A stretch of 30,518 nt of DNA from Clostridia bacterium (GTDB lineage: Bacteria > Bacillota > Clostridia > Christensenellales > DTU072), in the NCBI GenBank assembly GCA_041654915.1, contig JBAZCO010000008.1, positions 1 through 30,518 of the forward strand. The letters are read 5' to 3'. Under the pieces are notes generated by a model. That model worked only from the letters and a program-made list of their open reading frames with translations. It searched no databases and had not been told where the DNA came from. Below are positions 1-7,437 of this stretch, piece by piece (position 1 is the stretch's first letter; the number at the start of each line of letters is the position of its first letter). Position numbers and translations under genes: made by a program.

Positions 1-854
1 GTTGTCCTTGTTGTATCATAGGAGCAACCGGTCCAATGGGACCGCAAGGAATACCGGGCCGCCCCGGGCCGCAAGGTGTTCGGGGTGATATTGGTCCGCA
101 GGGAGATACTGGCTGTCAGGGAGCGATGGGACCAAAAGGAAACTCAGGACCTCTAGGTCCTATCGGACCTCCTGGTCCACGGGGACCGAGAGGCGATATT
201 GGTCCTCCCGGATGTCGGGGACCGGAAGGACCCGAAGGTCCGCAGGGTGAACGGGGAATCGAAGGTCCGATTGGCCCCATAGGAATTGAAGGACCTGTTG
301 GTCCTATAGGACCGCAAGGGCCGCAAGGTCCAAAAGGTTGTCAAGGACCGGAAGGCCCGCAAGGCGAAAGAGGATATACTGGTCCTGCCGGTCCTACTGG
401 ACCTACTGGACCTGCTGGCTTATCAGTTTTCTTTGTGGGCGCACAATATTCGGACATCTGTTTTGGAGAACAAACGGGGCGTTTATATCAATCGGGTGAA
501 ACAATCAAGTTTAATCTTGAAATGATAAATGGTGCGCCATATATAAATTATCAGCCCGCATCGGGCATATTTGTAATAAGCAAGCCTGGTAAATATGTCG
601 TCAATGTTACGCTGTATGCCTCGGAAGTCATTGATGGAAACAAAACACAGATTCAACTTAAAATAAATGGAACGGCTGTGTCCTTCCGTGATGTTATTTT
701 ATCCTCAATAAACGGTCCGCCTTTTACATTTACCGATATAATCCAAATAAACAACGAGAATTCTATACTGTGTTTGTTAAACATAGGCAAAGACCTTGTG
801 TTGAGCGAACTTGCGGACTCTGTCGCCTTCATATCCATTTGGGGTCTCGTATGA
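1..854 (+). CDS. Collagen-like triple-helix repeat protein with a C-terminal BclA/C1q-like globular domain. It is 5'-partial: the reading frame is open back to base 3.
   Basis: Continuous G-X-Y triplets ([25 protein letters not shown]...) run for about 130 codons. A non-repetitive beta-rich tail of about 140 aa ([12 protein letters not shown]...ISIWGLV) follows. No in-frame stop lies upstream of the first ATG, so the gene starts outside the window. Confidence 0.75.
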   Translation, partial: CPCCIIGATGPMGPQGIPGRPGPQGVRGDIGPQGDTGCQGAMGPKGNSGPLGPIGPPGPRGPRGDIGPPGCRGPEGPEGPQGERGIEGPIGPIGIEGPVGPIGPQGPQGPKGCQGPEGPQGERGYTGPAGPTGPTGPAGLSVFFVGAQYSDICFGEQTGRLYQSGETIKFNLEMINGAPYINYQPASGIFVISKPGKYVVNVTLYASEVIDGNKTQIQLKINGTAVSFRDVILSSINGPPFTFTDIIQINNENSILCLLNIGKDLVLSELADSVAFISIWGLV

Positions 855-1042
855 TTAAACAAAAATAGCATATCAAACACTTGATAACAATTTAAATAAT
901 TAGTTTAAATGAGAAAAGTTTTCGTGTTATGCTTATCGCCTTCATTAATTTCATTTAATAACCGCTGGCTCTATTAAAATTTTCCTAGTAATCAAAGAGC
1001 AAATTATCATCTTTGATAGGGTGCGCCTTTGATTAAATGCTC

Positions 1043-1072
1043 TTGACTTTGGGGAGTGTGTTGAGGTAAAAT
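1043..1072 (+). promoter_or_regulatory. Candidate sigma-A promoter: TTGACT, 18-nt spacer, TAAAAT.
   Basis: Hexamers read at 1043-1048 and 1067-1072, about 25 nt upstream of the RBS and ATG at 1096. Confidence 0.35.
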
Positions 1073-1095
1073 ATATAATAAAGGGAGGTGAAAGG

Positions 1096-1788
1096 ATGAT
1101 AAAAGATAGATTATTTGCCTTGATTTATAGGTTGTTTGCGACGGTAGTTACAATTATGGGCATATTGGTAACGGTGGGCGTTTTTGGGGGAATTACTGCT
1201 GGAGCAAAAGCGTTTTTATATTATACTTTACAGAGCAATATGTTGGCGCTCGCACTGTTTATCTACCTTGCGGCAAGGAGCGGTTATGACCTTATTAAAA
1301 ACGGGAGATTCGGCAGTGCTGGCTATGTGCCAAGATTTGAAGCTATGGTTATGATTGCCATAACCCTTACGATGTTCGTGTTTTGGGGAATGCTTGCGCC
1401 AATGGCTGGTGAAATGTGGGGGTATTTGTCATCCTTTGGCAACCTTGCTGTGCATACATTTGTGCCTGTCTTAGTAATAGTAGACTATGTGCTTTTTCCC
1501 GAATCGGGACACCTTACCAAGCGAGACCCGTGGCTGTGCTTAATCATTCCTCTTACATATTTTTTAGTTTCCACAATATTGGGCTTTTCGGGAGCGGTAA
1601 CATTCACAGGTTTTGGCGGAGAGGCGACCAGATTTCCATACTTTTTTATCGACTTTGACCAGCAAGGCTGGTTTGTCGCCCTATGGGTGATACTGCTTGC
1701 ATCGATATTTGTCGGACTGATGTACCTTGTCTTATATCTAGATAAAAAATTCAAAAAAAAGCAAATCCTACCCCGAAAAAGCAAATGA
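1096..1788 (+). CDS. Integral membrane protein with about 6 TM helices, possibly Pr6Pr/FAR-17a/AIG1-like.
   Basis: Strong SD (AAGGGAGGTGAAAGG) before the ATG. Repeated hydrophobic segments are visible. The N-terminus MIKDRLFALIYRLF... resembles Pr6Pr-family starts, but this family call is from memory only. Confidence 0.65.
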   Translation: MIKDRLFALIYRLFATVVTIMGILVTVGVFGGITAGAKAFLYYTLQSNMLALALFIYLAARSGYDLIKNGRFGSAGYVPRFEAMVMIAITLTMFVFWGMLAPMAGEMWGYLSSFGNLAVHTFVPVLVIVDYVLFPESGHLTKRDPWLCLIIPLTYFLVSTILGFSGAVTFTGFGGEATRFPYFFIDFDQQGWFVALWVILLASIFVGLMYLVLYLDKKFKKKQILPRKSK

Positions 1789-1971
1789 AACTTTGGCAAA
1801 CAAAGTGTTTTCTTTTATATTGCATTAACCGTTTGCCGCTAACACTCTGCACGGGGTTTGTTTTTGTGCCTTGAGTTATAGGGGTATTGGTGATATACTA
1901 ATAACAAAAACCAGCAATTATTAAGCCGTTTGAAAAATAGTACAACAAACTCTCTTAAAGAGGATAATTTT

Positions 1972-2859
1972 ATGTTTAATGTGTGTTTTGGATATGGTGA
2001 GGCAGGGCTGTTAAAGCATTACCTTTCTTGGTTTCGTGACAATCGTGGAGTTGATAATTATATTGCTCCATATAAAGAGCGCATCAACGAAAATGCGTGG
2101 GAGGTTATTCTTGCAGATACAAGCTCTGCCGAGGTCTTGCATCTAGGGGCTATGTTCTTGGACATTGGGCGCTTAGACGAAGTTAATTTTGAGCAAGACC
2201 GCAAAGATTTGATAGGTTCATTTTTTCACGAGTTAGGGAAAAGAAAAATTAACAAACTTTATCGGGAAGAAATGGACAAAGTTGACCAAATAGTCCAAAG
2301 GGCGAGGAGCGGGGAAACTTTGAAAATTTGGCAATCCAACGCTCCCTACTCTGCTTGCGGTTATTATTATCTTATTGATAAACTGCAAGGTATAGACTGC
2401 GATATTATTAGTGTTGGACTTAAAGATAAATTTATTGGACACAGAGGACAAGAAGTAACATCATTTGGCTTGAGCAATATTAATGCTTATGACATTGCTA
2501 TTGGTGTAGATTATGCAAAAAGCTTATCCGTTAATGACAGAAATGCCATATCGCTAAAATGGCAAAAATTAAAAAATGAGAATGCAAAGCTCCGTGTGCA
2601 TAAGGAAGGTGAAATTGTTAGCGTCACCCCTGATTTTTTTGATGAGTGTATTGTGCAAAATATTCCCTTAGAACAAGATTTTAAAGAAACTAGTTTGGCT
2701 GTCAATGTATTGGGAAATTGCGGACACTGCATAGAATATTTTTATATATGCAGCAGAATAAACCATATGATTGAACAAGGCGTTTTTCAAGTAATTAAAA
2801 AAGCAAAAAGAAAAGACCCGCCCTATCGCCAAATAATTAGGTTTTTAGGGAACAATTAA
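1972..2859 (+). CDS. Uncharacterized protein, DUF1835-like N-terminus with a DUF3658-like C-terminus.
   Basis: SD AAAGAGGA sits 7 nt before the ATG at 1972. The N-terminus MFNVCFGYGEAGLLKHY matches the recalled DUF1835 start pattern (h-h-I-V-F-G-x-S-x-A-G-x-L-K). The ORF track extends to 1930 but that stretch has no RBS. Confidence 0.6.
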   Translation: MFNVCFGYGEAGLLKHYLSWFRDNRGVDNYIAPYKERINENAWEVILADTSSAEVLHLGAMFLDIGRLDEVNFEQDRKDLIGSFFHELGKRKINKLYREEMDKVDQIVQRARSGETLKIWQSNAPYSACGYYYLIDKLQGIDCDIISVGLKDKFIGHRGQEVTSFGLSNINAYDIAIGVDYAKSLSVNDRNAISLKWQKLKNENAKLRVHKEGEIVSVTPDFFDECIVQNIPLEQDFKETSLAVNVLGNCGHCIEYFYICSRINHMIEQGVFQVIKKAKRKDPPYRQIIRFLGNN

Positions 2860-2872
2860 GGAGATATCCCTT

Positions 2873-3418
2873 ATGTTAAATAAACAAAATTATACAGCAA
2901 AATTAGCCCCGCCGGATATTCTTGAAAAAATCAAGGGATACTTAGAGATTTACTACCAAGAGCCAAAGCCAATAGAGGCGCAGGAAAAAATTAGATTTTC
3001 ATTAAACACTTCCTTTGTTCAAGATGAGCATTGTGCCAAACCACGCAAGCTAAGCGATTATATAGAGAAAACTTTTGCGCCAGAAACCTTTTCGGATATG
3101 CTTTTGCGCCTCATTGACGAAAAAGGCTTAAAAGATAGCCAGGTCTATAAAAATGCAAATATAGACAGGCGATTGTTTTCCAAAATCCGAAGTAACCGAA
3201 ACTATTCACCCACAAAGATTACAATATTTTCTTTTGCCTTGGCGCTGCACTTGTCGATAGATGAGGCAAAAGACCTGTTGGGAGTTGCGGGATTTAAATT
3301 TAATATGAACAATAAGTTCGACCTCATATTGAGATATTGCATAGAAGAAAAGATTTACAATATTGCCGATGTAAACGATGCACTTTATTCCTTTAAGCAA
3401 AATTTATTAGGTTGTTAA
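2873..3418 (+). CDS. XRE-type helix-turn-helix domain protein.
   Basis: SD AAGGAG before the ATG. The central segment VYKNANIDRRLFSKIRSNRNYSPTKITIFSFALALHLSIDEAKDLL has an HTH_XRE-like pattern. The start is 13 nt after the upstream gene's stop. Confidence 0.65.
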   Translation: MLNKQNYTAKLAPPDILEKIKGYLEIYYQEPKPIEAQEKIRFSLNTSFVQDEHCAKPRKLSDYIEKTFAPETFSDMLLRLIDEKGLKDSQVYKNANIDRRLFSKIRSNRNYSPTKITIFSFALALHLSIDEAKDLLGVAGFKFNMNNKFDLILRYCIEEKIYNIADVNDALYSFKQNLLGC

Positions 3419-3493
3419 TTTGTCGCCTCTCAAGCGACCAAATCAGATGATAAAATTGTTATCCTTAAAGCATAAAAAACTTTGAGGTGTAAA

Positions 3494-3661
3494 ATGAAAA
3501 AAGACCTAACAAAAATAGTATTCGCATTGGACAGAAACGACTCAATGGGCGGGCTGGAAAATGATGTCATTGCGGTACTTCAAAGAAGGCAACTTGGAGA
3601 TTCTTGGAAAGATGAAATAGCGCTTGACTTTGAACGCCGTAACAAAACAACAAATAAATAA
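3494..3661 (+). pseudogene. 55-codon ORF with a vWA-like N-terminus (KIVFALDRNDSMGG), probably a truncated gene remnant.
   Basis: ATG at 3494 with GAGGTG 6 nt upstream. A hydrophobic beta-strand followed by a D-x-x-D-S-M-G-G, MIDAS-like motif marks the start of a von Willebrand A fold. The ORF stops after 55 codons, and its 3' end overlaps the RBS of the next gene. Confidence 0.3.
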
Positions 3662-3674
3662 GGAGGAAACCATT

Positions 3675-4928
3675 ATGCCAAGAGAATATAAAAATTTTGG
3701 TGTTGAATTTTTATTCGATAACGAAGATATAACACGAGCAACAATTAGTTATTTTGCAGAGACCGCAAAAAAGAAAATGAACGGATATAAATATATGTAT
3801 CTGCACTATAAAAATAATAGTATGGAAACGTTTTTAACAAACTTGCTAAACGAAAAAGAAAAACTCTTTGATTTTGATAATATGAATATTCACTGCGCCA
3901 ACAATATTGTTTGGAGATTAAAGGTAATAAGCGTATTGGAGCGCAATTATGGCGACTATGTGCTTGCCCTTTGCAGCTACGAGGATGGTGACGGTCTTTG
4001 CCCTATTTGCTTTATCAATCCCGATGTTTTGCCACGCATAGCCAAAGGCGATATAATTACTGCACAAATTGTAGCTCTTCCTGTATCCTTTGAAGTGTAT
4101 GAAAGCGAGGAAGCGTTTCTAAGCACCTTGCCCGAATGGGAGGGCTTTGAGGGCATGCCTCCAGAAAAAGGGAGAAAGCTTGGAGTATCAAACGGGGCGA
4201 TATTGCCGATTAAATTTTTACTCAATCATCAACCAAACAAAGACGAACCAAATAAAACTCCAAAAAACAACACTGATGACAATATAGTTTTGATTAAAGG
4301 AATCGTTGAAGAATTGCAAGAATCGCCTATAACATTTGGCGAAGCAGAACTTATTTACTACGGCGTAACGATAAATACACAATGGGGAGATTTAGAGCTA
4401 TATATTGGACAAGAGCAACTTGGGGATACAGCGATAGAAGTTGGGGATACCATAGTTGCAAGTTGTATTATATCTGCCGATGTTGCCATTTACGAATATG
4501 ACCAAGGCGCAATATTTAGCAAAGAGAATTTTTACCTTTTACTCCTAGATGCCCTTGAGAGCGGCGACTACTCACGCTTGAAAAACTGTTTGGCTAAGGA
4601 CTGTCATTATCGTTCAAAACATAGTGGAAAAGATATAATTGGCAAGGATGAAATTATTTCTTTTTTAGAGAGCGTATATGAAGCAATACAAAACGCTGAG
4701 AGCAAAGACGATTATCGTTTTTTTGCCTCACATATCACTGCTATTAGACCTAGCGCACCCGAGGATAAACCTGACTTACAATGGAAAGTAAACGATAGTT
4801 GTATCTTAGAAAGTATAGATAATCAATTAATACTCGGCTTTTTCATAACTATTAAGGACAAAAAGATATCCGAAATTTTTGTTGAAACCGACCACAGGTA
4901 CGAGTTTTTTATTCCGAATAACCAATAA
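3675..4928 (+). CDS. Hypothetical cytoplasmic protein, 417 aa.
   Basis: The ATG at 3675 is preceded by a very strong SD (TAAGGAGGAAACC). I prefer it over the upstream in-frame start at 3624. No recognizable motifs, signal peptide or TM segment. Confidence 0.7.
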   Translation: MPREYKNFGVEFLFDNEDITRATISYFAETAKKKMNGYKYMYLHYKNNSMETFLTNLLNEKEKLFDFDNMNIHCANNIVWRLKVISVLERNYGDYVLALCSYEDGDGLCPICFINPDVLPRIAKGDIITAQIVALPVSFEVYESEEAFLSTLPEWEGFEGMPPEKGRKLGVSNGAILPIKFLLNHQPNKDEPNKTPKNNTDDNIVLIKGIVEELQESPITFGEAELIYYGVTINTQWGDLELYIGQEQLGDTAIEVGDTIVASCIISADVAIYEYDQGAIFSKENFYLLLLDALESGDYSRLKNCLAKDCHYRSKHSGKDIIGKDEIISFLESVYEAIQNAESKDDYRFFASHITAIRPSAPEDKPDLQWKVNDSCILESIDNQLILGFFITIKDKKISEIFVETDHRYEFFIPNNQ

Positions 4929-4952
4929 AACAAAACTAGCGAAGGACACTTT

Positions 4953-6110
4953 ATGATACAAGCATATAAAATAAATATAGGTGATAAACCCCAATATATG
5001 TACTCAAAGGCACAATTTGAGGAGGTTTTGGGCGCAAGCGGCTTGGTTAATAAAAAAATCGTCCGCTTTTATACAGAGCTAAAGTTCACAGATGATTCCG
5101 TGCTGTGCGGTGGGCTGGGCTATTCATTTATTGTCAATAATATTTTTATTATCGAAACAGAAGACGGTGATTGGTATGAGTTCTATATACCAGCAGAAGG
5201 GGCATTTGCCTTTACAAAAAATATATATTTAAAAGAAAAATTTTTTACTGTAACAGGTGACGAAGTCGATGATATCGTTGTAGCGGAAATAGCTTATAGC
5301 CCTTTTTTACATTATCGGAAAAATACTGTTGTCGGCTTTGAAATTATAGATGACGAAAACTTAGCTTTTGTGCCGTATGGTTTTGACAAAAACTTAAATG
5401 AAGTTCTTCCTCAATCACTAAAATTGCAGTTTGAAGACGGTTCTGCATTAACTATTTTGGGTGACCACGACTATATTTGCGTTAATTTTAACACTTCGAT
5501 TCCCCAAAAGCGGTTTCGCAATAAAGTGATTGCTAGACTAAAAAAAGAGCTAACGCAAGACATTAGCGAAGTAAAAATTAAAGATATAAATAAATTTATT
5601 GAATTTTTCTCCAAAGAACTAACCTATGATGAAAAGCGCAATTATAATTATCGTGGCTTGCAAAATCCTATGACAAGGTTTTGGAGCGTAGATTTATTCA
5701 CTAATACCCAAGGGTATGGGACATTCAACATAAATCATATTAAAGCATACAAGGCTAATAACCCCGCTAGTATCGCAAAAGCATTGTTAACCCTTGCTAT
5801 CGAGTTTATTGAATATATAGACAGCGGCGAACATCATAGGGAATTTAGGGTTTTTAGTTTTGATACAGAGGAAGACAATATAAAAATTACCCACAACCTC
5901 TATTATTATTTTGACAAAAGTACGGTTGAGGAAGTTTGGATAACATTGGAGAAAAAAAGGCGTTATGACGAAAATCTTGTCAAGTTAAAAAAGCAAACTA
6001 GGTGGATTCCTTTTGAGTTTATTGCAGACATATGGTGCATTGGAAAACGCTACAACTTAGATAGCCAATCGCTAAATAAACTGCAAGCGTATTTTGAAAA
6101 AAATCAATAA
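4953..6110 (+). CDS. Hypothetical cytoplasmic protein, 385 aa.
   Basis: Long ORF starting 24 nt after the upstream stop with a weak SD (GAAGGA). AT-rich codon usage matches its neighbours. No motifs recognized. Confidence 0.65.
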   Translation: MIQAYKINIGDKPQYMYSKAQFEEVLGASGLVNKKIVRFYTELKFTDDSVLCGGLGYSFIVNNIFIIETEDGDWYEFYIPAEGAFAFTKNIYLKEKFFTVTGDEVDDIVVAEIAYSPFLHYRKNTVVGFEIIDDENLAFVPYGFDKNLNEVLPQSLKLQFEDGSALTILGDHDYICVNFNTSIPQKRFRNKVIARLKKELTQDISEVKIKDINKFIEFFSKELTYDEKRNYNYRGLQNPMTRFWSVDLFTNTQGYGTFNINHIKAYKANNPASIAKALLTLAIEFIEYIDSGEHHREFRVFSFDTEEDNIKITHNLYYYFDKSTVEEVWITLEKKRRYDENLVKLKKQTRWIPFEFIADIWCIGKRYNLDSQSLNKLQAYFEKNQ

Positions 6111-6232
6111 TAGCTAGTTTGGCATTCTAAAAATAGAAAAATAAGCATCCAAACTTAATTTTTGGGGTGAAAGAGTATTCTGTGTGGCAAAAAAGCTATA
6201 CTTGTTAACTATTGCTTATAGCAAAAGTCCCG

Positions 6233-7279
6233 CTATTCTTTGAGTTGATACCAATATGAAGTGGCACGGATATCTGAGCGCTGTTGGAGATAGGTGAAGT
6301 CTAGTTTCCAGCCGAGGTCTTGAATTGTTACTTTTAAGTCTTGGCGGAAGCGTATTGCGTCGTATGCGTGCCAACGGTAGAGGTTGAACCGTGCGCCTTT
6401 CTTGTAAAGCCCGTTTATGCCAAAAAACTTATCTAGGTAGCGCATCCACGCAAAGGGGCGCTTTCTCCAACGGGCTTGCAGCATACCAAGATATAGGGAG
6501 GAAAAACTGCCATACTCCCCTCTGGGATATTCAAAGTTCCATGCGCCGCCAAAGTAGTCCTCTGTTCCCGTGGTGCATATGGTGGGATATTGGTCGCCGT
6601 CAATATAAAACTTAACTTCGCCCTCTCCCCACCAACGGCGATTGTTGACTTTGTAGGCAAGATAAGTTCCCACATACTGCCCGTTGCCTACAATGCTATC
6701 GTTTATTGTGAATATACCGGGAGTTTCTAGCGGGGCTTCCTTGCGGAATGCGGCGTGAAAATAGGCGGCATCGGCATCTGGCTCACAAAGGGTGTAGTCT
6801 ATTTGATAGTAGACAATAACATTCTTTTCACCTTGATTTTTCAAGGTGATGAGCGCACTTTCCCTAAACGGCATTTGAAAATACGAATTCATTCCGTTTT
6901 TAGGATTTACCGAAATATAGGCGGAATTGACTAGGGTTGGCTCAAAAAAACCGCAGCAGAAAAAATCGGCTAGCGGGGTATCCACAGAGGGCGTCTGCTC
7001 CCCGTCCCAAAACATATTTAGAATGAGGTTGCCGCTCTTTTTTATGTCGCAAGTTATCCAAATATGATTGATGATTCCGCCTTGAGGAATGTTAGCAAGA
7101 GTAAAGTTTTCGCCCGGCTTTATTAGCACAGACGGGCTAACCTTCCAACCTTGTCCTAGGTGTTTTGCCGCTCGCTTGTTTGTACCTTCGGTTGCCAGCG
7201 CTCCTGCATTTTTTTGTCCGTCAAAGTTCTCTGCGCTTATTGAGCGTGATTCGCCTTTTTTTAGGTTGTATAATTGCAT
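6233..7279 (-). CDS. DUF2961-family protein (glycoside hydrolase family 172-like).
   Basis: SD GGAGG before the ATG at 7279. Motifs GTEDYFGGAWNF, RRWWGEGEVKFYIDGD and similar match my recollection of DUF2961/GH172 proteins of this size (about 350 aa). Confidence 0.7.
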   Translation of the reverse strand: MQLYNLKKGESRSISAENFDGQKNAGALATEGTNKRAAKHLGQGWKVSPSVLIKPGENFTLANIPQGGIINHIWITCDIKKSGNLILNMFWDGEQTPSVDTPLADFFCCGFFEPTLVNSAYISVNPKNGMNSYFQMPFRESALITLKNQGEKNVIVYYQIDYTLCEPDADAAYFHAAFRKEAPLETPGIFTINDSIVGNGQYVGTYLAYKVNNRRWWGEGEVKFYIDGDQYPTICTTGTEDYFGGAWNFEYPRGEYGSFSSLYLGMLQARWRKRPFAWMRYLDKFFGINGLYKKGARFNLYRWHAYDAIRFRQDLKVTIQDLGWKLDFTYLQQRSDIRATSYWYQLKE

Positions 7280-7373
7280 AAACTAGTCCTCCGCTGGGGC
7301 TTTTGATTTCTCAAGGTTATCATACAATAAAAACTCCGTTATGTCAAAATAAACTTTTCCTTGGCGGTCAGTA

Positions 7374-7402
7374 TTGACATTTAAGGGGTTTACCTTTATT
7401 AT
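7374..7402 (+). promoter_or_regulatory. Candidate sigma-A promoter: TTGACA, 17-nt spacer, TATTAT.
   Basis: -35 hexamer at 7374-7379 and -10 at 7397-7402, about 35 nt upstream of the lipoprotein ATG at 7438. Confidence 0.4.
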
Positions 7403-7437
7403 TAAATACATTGCTTGCATTATACAAGGAGCATTGT

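Noticed and set aside
36-430. Highly periodic 9-nt repetition in the first 430 bases, which could be taken for a tandem-repeat or CRISPR-like array.
   Set aside because: The periodicity is the Gly-X-Y codon structure of a collagen-like coding sequence on a single open frame. There are no repeat-spacer units.
3624-3674. Upstream in-frame start (MTLNAVTKQQ...) for the 417-aa hypothetical protein.
   Set aside because: No SD precedes 3624, whereas a near-perfect SD (TAAGGAGG) precedes the ATG at 3675. The 3624 start would also overlap the small vWA-like ORF.
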